Source: an uncultured Actinomycetes bacterium (GTDB lineage: Bacteria; Actinomycetota; Actinomycetes; Streptosporangiales; Streptosporangiaceae). From it: a stretch of DNA of 64,000 nt. Under the pieces are notes generated by a model. That model was not told the DNA's origin and searched no databases. It saw only the letters and a list, made by a program, of their open reading frames with translations. The stretch is from positions 65,718-129,717 of the forward strand of contig CAVSCM010000021.1 of NCBI GenBank assembly GCA_963726415.1. The letters run 5' to 3'. Shown here piece by piece: positions 9,325-18,672 of the stretch. Every line of letters begins with the position of its first letter. Position 1 is the first letter of the stretch. The translations under genes and the position numbers were made by a program.

Positions 9325-10586
9325 TCAGAAGATCATCGGGCACCACGGGGCCGGGTCCCACGACATGGCCGTCGACAGCGCCGCCACGGCGCCCGGCGTG
9401 ACCTCGGTGACCTGGCCGGCCGCGGCCAGCGGCCCGAGCCGGGTACCGCCCATGTACGCCGCGCCCAGGGCCCGCACCGGCAGCACAAGGTCCGCCGGGG
9501 CGGTGGTCCGCTCGCAGGTCCCGCTGAACCCGGAGGGGGCGGACGTGGTCGCCGCGGTCAGCCGCCACCGGCCCTGGTTCTGCGGGCACAGCTCGTCGTT
9601 GACCTCGATGACCACGTCGACCGGGCACGCGTAGCGGCGCTGCGCCAGCGCCCTGCCCACGTCCACCAGCCGGATCCACAGGCCGTCGGAGAGCCGTGGC
9701 CGGCCCAGCCGCGAGTCGGCGAGCAGGTCAAACAGCGGGTCGTCCACCGGCATCATGTGCAGCCGGAACGTGGTGATCAGGTCCCGGCTGAGCAGGTCAC
9801 GCCACAGCGCCGCGGCCGCGGCCGGGTCCATCGGCGATGGCTTCGTGCAGGTCCAGCACGCCGGCCGGGAGGAACGAGCCCTCCTCCCACTCCCACCGGC
9901 CCTCCGAGGTGAACAGGGCGTAGCCCCGCGGCCCGGCGTCGTCTTCGACCAGGACGCAGCGCATCGGCCGGGTCCGAGTCGGAATCCGGGTCGTGGGTCA
10001 GCCGGTCCCACCACGGCTCGGTGCGGGCGTACAGACCCGGCCGCTCGGCCATGGCCAGCTCGTACACCTTGCCCATCTCGGCGTGCGCCGACCGCGGCTC
10101 GGCGATCCGCAGCCGCACCGAGGGTCGGTCGGGACGGCGGCAGCCAGCGCTGCCGTGGCCGCGCGCCAGGCTCAGGGTCAGGTGCCAGGACGCGCGCCCG
10201 TAGCCGTACCGGCCGTAGATGGGGGTCTCCGAGGCGAACAGCGCGGCCACGGCCTCGCCACGCTCGGCAATGTCGGCAAGCTGGCGGTGCATCAGGCCGG
10301 TGAGGGCGCCGCGGCGGCGGTGCGAGGGGAGCACGGCGACCATGCTCACCCCGGCGACCGCGGCCATCGCCCCCGGCACCCGCATCCGGAAGCTGTACAC
10401 GCCGGTCACGCCCGCCAGCGTGGTGCCGTCGAACGCGCCAAGGGTGCGGTCGAGTTCGAGCCGGGCGAGCCAGTTGGCGCGTTGCCGTTCGGTGTCCGGT
10501 GTGCCGTTGAACGCTTGCTGGTCCACGTATGAGAACGCGGGAAGTTCATCTTCGGTGACCGGGCGGATCTGGAACGTGGTGTCCAT
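9325..10586 (-). pseudogene. Eis-like GNAT acetyltransferase with SCP2-like C-terminus, disrupted by two frameshifts
   Basis: N-terminal GNAT in one frame to about 9975, about 50 codons (CVLVEDDAGPRGYALF..) in a second frame, C-terminal region (ALWRDLL..GLWIRL..) in a third; order matches M. tuberculosis Eis. Confidence 0.55.
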
Positions 10587-10676
10587 GTTCGCCTTCCTAC
10601 CCGCCGGCCGGAGCGCCGCCAACTCCTTTTCCCTCTCGCCTTTTCCGTCGCCGGCCGCGGAACTTCTCTCGCGACC

Positions 10677-10870
10677 CGCTGACCTGCGTGTGTGTCGGAC
10701 AACCCTCTGGCGCGGATTTATGGGGCGCGGCTGGGCCGCTTCGGGGCGAGCTGCTGACCTGCGTGTATGTCAGGGACCCCTGCTGGCGGATTGTCCGGCG
10801 CGGCCGTGCCGCTTTGGAGCGACCCGCTGACCTGCGTGTGTGTCAGGGACCCCTGCTGGCGGATACAGTG
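10677..10870. repeat. about 74-bp tandem direct repeat, 2.6 copies, each with a CTGAC-N10-GTCAG inverted repeat, immediately upstream of the PP2C gene
   Basis: Units start near 10677, 10752 and 10825 (ctgacctgcgtgtgtgtcagggacccctgctggcgga..). Confidence 0.7.
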
Positions 10871-10878
10871 CGGCCATC

Positions 10879-11979
10879 ATGGTTGCCCGCATCGTGGCCC
10901 TTCCCCTGCACGCAGTGCGCTCCGCCTGGCGCACGCTGAGCGGGTGGGTGTCGCGTCAGCTCATTACCGGGAACCGGCGGGTAGCCCTGGCCCTCACGCT
11001 GGTGACGGTGTTCATCGCCGTCGCGGCCGTGCACGTGTCGCAGTCGTGGTTCTCGCCCGGCCTGCTGATCCTGCCGGTGCTGGCGGGCGGCCTGCTGCTG
11101 TGGCCGCGGGCGCTGCGCATCCTGTTCGCGCTTATTGCCCTCTGCCTCGTCTACGACGTGGTGAAGGACAAGGCCGGTCCCGGCCTGGTGCTGACCATCG
11201 TGGTGACCGCGCTGGTGGCCGAAGCGCTCGCCAGGACCAGAGAGAAGCTCGGCATGCTTGGCCTGCGCGGCGAGGCGATGCTGATCGAGTTGCGGGACCG
11301 GATCCGGGCCCAGGGGACGCTGCCGGAACTGCCCGAGGGCTGGGGCTCGGTGTCCGTGCTGCGGCCGGCTGGCGGCTCCTCGTTCGGCGGCGACTTCCTG
11401 GTGTCCGCGTGTGACGGCAAGACCCTTGAGGTGGCACTCGTCGACGTGGCCGGCAAGGGCGTGGACGCCGGGACCAGGGCGCTGCTGCTGTCCGGCGCGT
11501 TCGGCGGCCTGCTCGGCTCGGTACCGCAGGGGGAGTTCCTGCCCAGCTGCAACGCCTACGTGCGCCGGGGTGCCACCAACGAAGGCTTCGTGACCGCGAT
11601 CCACCTCGCGCTCGACCTGGCCACCGGTGACTTCGTGGTCTCCTCCGCCGGTCACCCGCCCGCCGCGCACTTCGACGCGGGCAGTGGCACCTGGCGGCTC
11701 ACCACGGCACGGGGGATCGTCCTCGGCGTGGTCGCTGACCTGCGGCTGGTGCCCGAGCGGGGCACACTGCGGCCCGGCGACGCGCTGATGCTCTACACCG
11801 ACGGGCTGGTGGAGGTTCCCGGCCGGGACATCGACGACGGCACCGACCGGCTGCTCGGTGAGGCGGACCGGCTGGTCACGACGGGGTTCCGGGCTGGCGC
11901 CGCCGACCTCGTCCGGGCACTGAGCACGGGTACCGGCACCAACGACGACCGCGCGCTCGCGCTGATATGGCGCACCTGA
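10879..11979 (+). CDS. membrane-anchored PP2C/SpoIIE-family serine phosphatase (RsbU-like)
   Basis: N-terminal TM helices; C-terminal PP2C motifs (GGDF, DVAGKG, LYTDGLVE). Confidence 0.8.
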   Translation: MVARIVALPLHAVRSAWRTLSGWVSRQLITGNRRVALALTLVTVFIAVAAVHVSQSWFSPGLLILPVLAGGLLLWPRALRILFALIALCLVYDVVKDKAGPGLVLTIVVTALVAEALARTREKLGMLGLRGEAMLIELRDRIRAQGTLPELPEGWGSVSVLRPAGGSSFGGDFLVSACDGKTLEVALVDVAGKGVDAGTRALLLSGAFGGLLGSVPQGEFLPSCNAYVRRGATNEGFVTAIHLALDLATGDFVVSSAGHPPAAHFDAGSGTWRLTTARGIVLGVVADLRLVPERGTLRPGDALMLYTDGLVEVPGRDIDDGTDRLLGEADRLVTTGFRAGAADLVRALSTGTGTNDDRALALIWRT

Positions 11980-12147
11980 CTGGGGCCGGGCCCCGGCCAA
12001 CTGCACGTACTGTAGTTGTTGCATTACACTTTGTGCTGTACTGACAGATAACTGAGTGTGCCTAAATATCTACATTAAGCGACCAGGGACCGCGGGGCGG
12101 AGAACACCCCGTCCCACAGGGCCTGGGCTGCAGTCTCTCGGCCACGG

Positions 12148-15100
12148 TCAGCGGCACGGCGGCGCGTAATGCTGCCCGGGCACGTAGGCACCCCATTCGG
12201 CCCGGGTGAGCGGCTGGCCGGCCATTGCGCACACGGCGCGCGCTGCTGCCGCGGCCTGGGTGTCCCAGAGCCATACCAGGCCTGCCGAGTCGGCCGCGGC
12301 CAGCGTCCGGCCGCCCGGGCCGAACGCGACCGCGTAGACGTGCCCGGTCGGCCCGGTCAGGGTGGCGATCAGGGCGGGGTGAGCCGGCTGGGCCACGTTC
12401 CACAGCCATACGCTGCCGTCGGTGTTCCCCGCGGCCAGGATGTTCCCGCCGGGGCTGAACGCGACCGAGTACACATACCCGGCCGGGCCGGTGAGCATCG
12501 GGCTGATCGGGCGCGGCCGGGCCGGGTTGCTGACATCCCAGAGGCGGACGTCCCGGTCCGCGCTGCCGAGCGCGAGCACCTTCCCGTCTGGGCTGAACGC
12601 CACCGAGTACGCGGTGTTGGTCGGCCCGGTGAGTGCTTTGCCGAGCTGTACCGGCCTGGCCGGATCTGCCACGTTCCACAGCCGCACCTTGTCGTCGGCG
12701 CTGGCCGCGGCGAGGACATGGCCATTGGGGCTGAACGCGACCGAGAAAACCGCGTCGCCGGGGTCATGGGTAAGCGACAGTGACGCGGGCCGGGCTGGGT
12801 CCGTGATATCCCACAGGCGCACGGTGCCGTCGTCGCTGCCGCTGGCCAGAAGCTTGCCGTCCGGGCTGAAAGCCACGAACTCCACCTGGTTGGTGGAACC
12901 TGCCGGTAGCTGCGAGGCAACCCGCGGCGTCCCGAGCGGGACCAGGCGGGCGCCGCGCCACCGCCACAACTGGACGTGCCCGTCGCCGTAGCCGGTGGCG
13001 ATCAGGTTCCCGCCAGGCGAGATCGCCACCGCGTTGACGCTGTCGTTGGACGCAGGATCGGGGATCGCGGCGCTGGCGGTCAGCGTGCGGCTGGCGGTGT
13101 CCCAGACCTGCAGGCCGGTCCCGCCGACCGCTAGCACGCCGCCCGCGGGGCTGAGCGCGATGCTGTACACCGGGCCGCCGGTCATCAGGTCCGGCGTCGG
13201 CAGGTGCCAGGCCCGGACATAGCCGTCGGCGTCGCCGGTGACGAGCAGGTGCGGGCCGTCCCAGGCCAGCGAGGTCACCGGCTGCGGCTGGGGGATCACG
13301 GCGACCGGGGCGCCGGTCGCGGTGTCCCACAGCCGCAGGTGGCCGTCGCTGCCGCCGGCGGCCACCATCGTCCCGTCCGGGCTGAACGCTACCGCCATGA
13401 TCCAGTCGGTGGCGCCGGTGAACTTCATGGCCGGGCCCGGCTTGGCGGGCTTGGTGATGTTCCACAGCCAGACGAGGTTGTCGTAGCTCCCGGCGGCCAG
13501 TTCATCGCCGTCCGGGCTGAACGCGACCGCGTCCACCGCGCGGGCCGGCCCGGTCAGCGTGGTGGCGAGCCGTGCGTTGGCCGGATCGGCCACGTTCCAC
13601 AGCCGGACGGTGTCATCCGCGCTGCCCGCGGCGAGCAGGTGCCCGTCCGGGCTGAACGCCACCGCCTGCACATACCCCTTCGCCCCGGTCAGCGGGCCGC
13701 CGGCCGGGACCGGTTGCGCGGGGTCGGTGACGTTCCACAGCCACACCTTCGTATCCGCGCTGCCTGCGGCCAGCAGCCCCCCACGTGGGCTGAACGCCAG
13801 CGAATAGACGGTGTTGCCCGGGCCGGTGAGTGGCTGGCCGAGGGGCGTGGGATGCCGCGGGTCGGTGACGTTCCACAGCCGCACCGTCCCTTCCTCGCCG
13901 GCCGCGGCCAGCACCCGCCCGTCCGGGCTGAACGCCGCCGCGTACAGCGGGTGCGTGTGGCCGAGTTCCGCCACCGTGCCGACGAGTACCGGGTGGCCTG
14001 GGTGGGCCATCTTCCACAGCCGCAGCGTGCCGTCGGCGGCGGCCACCGCGAGCAGCCGGTGGTCCGGGGACAGTGCGACGGCCTGGACGTCGCGGCGGGA
14101 GTCGGGCATGCGCGCCGCCGCCGGGGCGCCGGACGACTCGAGCAGGCTGGCCCGCGCCCCTGCCGTCGGATAGATGCGGTAGGCGGCCAGCGACAACTGT
14201 GCGGCCAGCGCGGGATCCTGGGGGCGGAGCTGACCGGCCTCCACGGCTACCGTCCGCGACTCGGCCTCGTTGCTGGCGGTGGTGGCGGCCTGGCGCTGGT
14301 GGAACGCGTAGCCGGCCAGCCCCACGGTGAGCAGCACCAGGACGGTCAGTGCCGCCACCTGTTGCCGGAGCCGCCGGGTATGACGGCGCGCGGCCGCCTG
14401 CCGCGCCCGCTCCTCGGCGATCCCCGCGTCGACGAAGTCACGGCCGTCCTCGCTCAGCGCGGTGCGGTGGGCCTCGCCGGCCATCCAGTCGGCGGCCAGC
14501 GCGAGCTGCCCGCCGCGTAGCAGCCCGGCCGGCTCCCGCCCGGCCTGCGCCCACGTCTGCGCCGCCACCTCGATGAAGTGCCGGACCCTGATGTCCTCAC
14601 GGTCGGCGTCGATCCACACCCGCAGCCGGGGCCATGCGCCGAGCAGCGCCTCGTGGGTGATCTCCGCCGCGGCCCGGTCCTTGGTGACCAGCCGCTGGCC
14701 GACGAACCGTTCCAGCACGGCCGCGGCGGCGCTGGCGTCCCCCGGCAGGTCGCGCAGCGGGAGACGGGCCCGGGACTCGCGCCCGTCGTCGCCGATGTGG
14801 ACCAGCCGCAGGAAGAGCTGCCGGGCGAGTTCCTGCCCCACGCCGTCCAGCGTCGCGTACGCCTGCTCGGCGGTCCGCGCGATGGCGTTCTTGATCCCCC
14901 CGCTGGCCTGGTAGTCGGTCAGGGTCAGCCGGCTGCCCCGGCTGTGGGACCAGGTGGCAAGCAGCGCGTGGGAGAGCAGTGGCAGCGCCCCGGCCTCGTG
15001 CCCGCCCGGCCCGGGCGCCGCGCGCGGGCGCATGTCCTGCAGCAGCACCTCGACCAGACCGTCCTCGACCTCCCGGCCGGCCTTGCGCGCGGGCTCCACG

Positions 15101-16044
15101 ATCGCCCGGCGAAGCTGGTCGGCCGACATCGGGCCGACTACGATCTGCCGTTCCTGCAGCGCCCGGGCCAGCGCGGGGTAGCCGAGCGCGTGCCCGTAGA
15201 AGTCTGCCCGCAGGCCGAGCACGACCAGGGTGTGCTGGGAAAGGGCGGCCAGCGCGGCGACGAACTCGCTGCGCTCGCTCTCGCCCGCGCCCGCGGTGAA
15301 GATCTCCTCGAGTTGGTCCACGATGATCGCGGGAGGCTCGTCGCCCCGCGAGGCGAGCCGCGCGTGCCGCTCCGGGTCCTCGCGCAGCCCTTCGGCCAGC
15401 GGCCCGGCGCCCAGCGGACCGTCAGTACCCGGCCGGGCCAGCGGCGCTAGTTGCCCGGCCAGGGTCTGCACCGGTGTGGCGCCCGGCGTGATCAGCACCA
15501 CCGGGCGGCCGCCTGGCCGGGCCGTGGTGCCGGACCGCAGCCGGGGGACCAGGCCCGCCCGCAGCAGCGAGGATTTGCCTGACCCTGAGGGCCCGGCCAC
15601 CGTCAGCGGCAGCCCGGGTGCGCCCGGCCCGGTCGCCAGCCGGACCAGGTGCAGGGCTAACTCCTCGCGGCCGAAGAACCAGGCGGCGTCCTCCGGCTGG
15701 AAGCTGGCCAGGCCCCGGTAGGGCGCCGGGCCGGCCGGAGGGCGCCCCGGCGCGCGCCGGACCCGGCTCAGCGCATCCAGCCAGCGGGCCACCTGCTCGG
15801 GCTCGGTGATCTGGCACGCGGCCAGGATGCTGGGCAGGAGTACTGGCTGGCGGGCGGGCGGAAGGTGGCGCGCGGCGAAGTAGTCCCCGACCGTGCTGAC
15901 CGGGATGCCGCTTGCCCTTGCTACGTCGCGGATGGTGAGCCCCGCCTGTTGCCGGGCCAGGGTGAGCTCGCGGCCGAAGTCCTGCTGGCTGGTGATCCGC
16001 CCCGGATCTGGGACTTCGGCATCCGGTAATGATTGACGCGCCAT
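12148..16044 (-). CDS. STAND NTPase with an N-terminal XRE HTH, an NB-ARC-type P-loop domain (GPSGSGKSSLL) and about 14 WD40 repeats
   Basis: 1299 aa continuous frame; Walker A; repeated AFSPDG..LA..D.TVRLW units; start ATG at 16044. Confidence 0.9.
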   Translation of the reverse strand: MARQSLPDAEVPDPGRITSQQDFGRELTLARQQAGLTIRDVARASGIPVSTVGDYFAARHLPPARQPVLLPSILAACQITEPEQVARWLDALSRVRRAPGRPPAGPAPYRGLASFQPEDAAWFFGREELALHLVRLATGPGAPGLPLTVAGPSGSGKSSLLRAGLVPRLRSGTTARPGGRPVVLITPGATPVQTLAGQLAPLARPGTDGPLGAGPLAEGLREDPERHARLASRGDEPPAIIVDQLEEIFTAGAGESERSEFVAALAALSQHTLVVLGLRADFYGHALGYPALARALQERQIVVGPMSADQLRRAIVEPARKAGREVEDGLVEVLLQDMRPRAAPGPGGHEAGALPLLSHALLATWSHSRGSRLTLTDYQASGGIKNAIARTAEQAYATLDGVGQELARQLFLRLVHIGDDGRESRARLPLRDLPGDASAAAAVLERFVGQRLVTKDRAAAEITHEALLGAWPRLRVWIDADREDIRVRHFIEVAAQTWAQAGREPAGLLRGGQLALAADWMAGEAHRTALSEDGRDFVDAGIAEERARQAAARRHTRRLRQQVAALTVLVLLTVGLAGYAFHQRQAATTASNEAESRTVAVEAGQLRPQDPALAAQLSLAAYRIYPTAGARASLLESSGAPAAARMPDSRRDVQAVALSPDHRLLAVAAADGTLRLWKMAHPGHPVLVGTVAELGHTHPLYAAAFSPDGRVLAAAGEEGTVRLWNVTDPRHPTPLGQPLTGPGNTVYSLAFSPRGGLLAAGSADTKVWLWNVTDPAQPVPAGGPLTGAKGYVQAVAFSPDGHLLAAGSADDTVRLWNVADPANARLATTLTGPARAVDAVAFSPDGDELAAGSYDNLVWLWNITKPAKPGPAMKFTGATDWIMAVAFSPDGTMVAAGGSDGHLRLWDTATGAPVAVIPQPQPVTSLAWDGPHLLVTGDADGYVRAWHLPTPDLMTGGPVYSIALSPAGGVLAVGGTGLQVWDTASRTLTASAAIPDPASNDSVNAVAISPGGNLIATGYGDGHVQLWRWRGARLVPLGTPRVASQLPAGSTNQVEFVAFSPDGKLLASGSDDGTVRLWDITDPARPASLSLTHDPGDAVFSVAFSPNGHVLAAASADDKVRLWNVADPARPVQLGKALTGPTNTAYSVAFSPDGKVLALGSADRDVRLWDVSNPARPRPISPMLTGPAGYVYSVAFSPGGNILAAGNTDGSVWLWNVAQPAHPALIATLTGPTGHVYAVAFGPGGRTLAAADSAGLVWLWDTQAAAAARAVCAMAGQPLTRAEWGAYVPGQHYAPPCR

Positions 16045-16249
16045 CGGCTCCCCTCGTGCGCCCCTTGGGCCACCGGCACGGCATGCCCCCGTAAAGTGGC
16101 CCGCCACGCCCGCGCATCGCCGAAGTCCAGACTCGCGAGCATGCAGGCCAGTTAACATCTAACGCCCTATTGGGCCCCCATGGGTGCAGTATCGGAGTAT
16201 GCGTCCTCGTGCGGCGGTCCGCGTCGGGCCGGTTACCGGGCGTGGAATA

Positions 16250-16325
16250 TGACGTAAGCGTCAGCCTTAAGCGGCCGGGAACCGTGCCATGACATGAGCG
16301 TCAGCTTCGAGTGACATAAGCGTCA
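16250..16325. promoter_or_regulatory. three TGACRTRAGCGTCA palindromic operator-like sites (16250-16263, 16290-16303, 16312-16325) in the STAND/hpnC divergent intergenic region
   Basis: Site 1 is a perfect TGACG-N4-CGTCA palindrome; sites 2 and 3 differ by one base in one half-site. Confidence 0.4.
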
Positions 16326-16730
16326 GGTTCGGCGCAGGTGTCGCGGCAGGGCCGCCGCCAGGCCGTTCTGCGGCAGTATCCGGTGCTCGCTGGAACCAAA
16401 GGCGAGTCATCGCCGCATGCGGTGCGGCAGGCGAAATGCGGTGCGGCAGGCGAATTGCAGGGCCAGGTACCCGGCTGCCGAGGCCGTTTACCCAGACCGG
16501 CGAGTCTGCCCTCAACCCGCTCTCTGCCTGCGATGTTGCGTGGCAAATCCGCCCGTAGCCGAGCAGTACTGATCACCCTCCCACAAATCTTCACGGACAC
16601 TCGGGAAATGGCCGGTTAAAGCTATCTCTGACCGTCAGGGCTTCCCGATGACGGACTTGCGGGCGGCAACTGCAGTAATGTAAACGTCTTTGCTGGGGCG
16701 GCTGCGGTGCCGGAGCCTGGAGAGTTCTGC

Positions 16731-16758
16731 GACATCGGCGTCACATGACGCCGATGTC
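16731..16758. promoter_or_regulatory. 28-bp perfect inverted repeat GACATCGGCGTCA-ca-TGACGCCGATGTC just upstream of hpnC
   Basis: Direct reading; shares the TGACGC/GCGTCA core with the upstream sites. Confidence 0.4.
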
Positions 16759-16850
16759 ATTGTTTGCATTAGCCCGTGAGCTGTGAAGGAATAGGGGACG
16801 TGACCCGGGATGCGACGAGATCAGAGGATGCCAGCGCTCCCGGGGCAGTC

Positions 16851-17759
16851 ATGGGGCGGGGCGGCGGGGCCGGAGCCAGCAGCGCGCGGGGCGGCGAGGC
16901 CGGAGCCAGCAGTGAACCGGCCAGGGTGATCACTGCCCAGGCCGGCGCCAAGGCGGTGGACGAGAACTTTCCCGTGGCCCTCCGCCTGCTTCCGGGGCGT
17001 TACCGCCAGCACCTGACCGCGGTGTACGGCTTCGCCCGGTCGGCCGATGACATGGGTGACGAGGCACCGCCGGATGAGCGACTGGCCTTGCTTGACGAAC
17101 TCGAGGCCGACCTCGGCCGGCTCTACCAGCCCGGTGGGGAAGGCCCCCGGCTGCCGGTGGTCCAGGCGCTCGCGCCGGCCGTCGCACAGTGCGCGATCCC
17201 CGCCCAGCCCTTTCTCGACCTGATCCAGGCGAACCGCCAGGACCAGGTGGTCACCCGCTACCAGACCTTTGACGAACTGCTGGGCTACTGCCGCCTGTCG
17301 GCCGACCCGGTCGGCCGCATCGTGCTGCACGTCTTCGGCGCGGCCACGCCGCCCCGGGAGCGGCTTTCCGACCTGGTGTGCACCGCGCTGCAACTGGCCG
17401 AACACTGGCAGGATGTGGCCGAAGACCTCAGGGCCGGCCGCGTCTACCTGCCCGCCGACGACCTCGCCAGGCACGGTGTCACCGAGGCCGACTTGGCGGC
17501 GCCCTCCGCGTCGCCGCAGGTCCGCAGGCTCATCGAGTTCCAGGTGCGCCGGGCCGCGGGGCTGCTCGACGAGGGCGCGCCCATCGTCGGCACGCTGCGC
17601 GGCTTCGCCCGGGCGGCGGTGGCCGGGTACGTGGCGGGCGGCCGTGCGGCCCTCGCCGCGATCACCGCAAGCGGCTGCGACGTGCTCGCCGCCACCCCTC
17701 GCCCGCGCAAGCACCGCGTCGCGGCGGAACTCCTCCGTGCCTACCTGACAGGACGGTGA
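16851..17759 (+). CDS. hpnC: hydroxysqualene synthase (squalene/phytoene synthase family, HpnC)
   Basis: ENFPVALRLLP and YGFARSADD motifs; Gly/Ala-rich duplicated N-terminal extension; alternative GTG start at 16926. Confidence 0.8.
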   Translation: MGRGGGAGASSARGGEAGASSEPARVITAQAGAKAVDENFPVALRLLPGRYRQHLTAVYGFARSADDMGDEAPPDERLALLDELEADLGRLYQPGGEGPRLPVVQALAPAVAQCAIPAQPFLDLIQANRQDQVVTRYQTFDELLGYCRLSADPVGRIVLHVFGAATPPRERLSDLVCTALQLAEHWQDVAEDLRAGRVYLPADDLARHGVTEADLAAPSASPQVRRLIEFQVRRAAGLLDEGAPIVGTLRGFARAAVAGYVAGGRAALAAITASGCDVLAATPRPRKHRVAAELLRAYLTGR

Positions 17760-17760
17760 C

Positions 17761-18672
17761 GTGGCCACAGACGTCCGCGCGGCCTACCGGCGCTGCGAGG
17801 AGATCACCTGGTCCCAGGCCAGGAACTTCTCCTACGGCATCCGGCTGCTTCCGCCGGCCAAGCGCCAGGCGCTGGCGGCCGTCTACGCCTTCGCCCGGCG
17901 CATCGACGACATCGGGGACGGCACACTGCCCGCCCCCGAGAAGCTCACCCTGCTCGAGGAGGCCAGGGAAGGCCTGTCCGCGCTCCAGGCCGGGGAGGCG
18001 GACGACGGCGACGAGGTGCTTGTCGCGCTGGCCGACGCCGCGGCGAGGTTCGACATTCCGCTGCCCGCGTTCGGCGAACTGATCGACGGCTGCGCCGCCG
18101 ACGTGCGCGGCGTCAGCTACGCGACCTTCGATGACCTGCTGCACTACTGCCGGTGTGTGGCCGGGTCGATCGGGCGGCTGTCGCTGGGCGTGTTCGGCAC
18201 CAGCGACCCGCAGCATGCGGCGCCGCTGGCCGACTCACTCGGCGTCGCGCTACAGCTCACCAACATCCTGCGGGACATCCGCGAGGACTACGCCACCGGC
18301 CGGGTCTACCTGCCCGCCGAGGACTTCGCACGGTTCGGCTGCGCCCTCGGCGCCGACCCGGCCACCGACCCCGGCCAGGGCAAGCTCACCGCGCTTGTGG
18401 AGTTCGAAGCGGACCGCGCCCGCGCCTGGTATGCCGAGGGCCTGGCGCTGATGCCGCTGCTCGACCGGCGCAGCGCCGCGTCCGCCGGTGCCATGGCGGG
18501 CATCTACTACCGGCTGCTCGAGCACATCGCCGCGAGCCCGGCCGCCGTGCTTACCTGCCGGGTCTCGCTGTCCGCGCGGGAGAAGGCTGCCGTGGCGGTC
18601 AAGTCGCTGGCCACCGCGGCGGTACGGCCGCCGCGCCGTCCACGGCCGCCGGCCGCAGAGGTGGCCCGGTGA
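17761..18672 (+). CDS. hpnD: presqualene diphosphate synthase (HpnD)
   Basis: FSYGIRLLP, AVYAFARRIDDIGD and second Asp-rich region; GTG start 1 nt after the hpnC stop. Confidence 0.85.
   Translation: MATDVRAAYRRCEEITWSQARNFSYGIRLLPPAKRQALAAVYAFARRIDDIGDGTLPAPEKLTLLEEAREGLSALQAGEADDGDEVLVALADAAARFDIPLPAFGELIDGCAADVRGVSYATFDDLLHYCRCVAGSIGRLSLGVFGTSDPQHAAPLADSLGVALQLTNILRDIREDYATGRVYLPAEDFARFGCALGADPATDPGQGKLTALVEFEADRARAWYAEGLALMPLLDRRSAASAGAMAGIYYRLLEHIAASPAAVLTCRVSLSAREKAAVAVKSLATAAVRPPRRPRPPAAEVAR

Noticed and set aside
10677-10870. Possible mini-CRISPR array (3 repeats with about 30-bp spacers)
   Set aside because: The spacers are themselves repeated; the unit is a 74-bp tandem repeat. 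There are no cas genes. Repeat identity is imperfect.
12062-15721. Many ORFs antisense to or out of frame with the STAND gene (for example 12169..12783+, 13204..14520+, 14578..15450+, 12764..13465-)
   Set aside because: WD40-repeat DNA read in other frames. Only one 1299-aa frame carries P-loop and WD40 motifs.
16267-16619. ORFs 16267..16515-, 16301..16600- and 16338..16619+ in the STAND/hpnC intergenic region
   Set aside because: No RBS, low-complexity products and lower GC3. The region is better explained as regulatory DNA.
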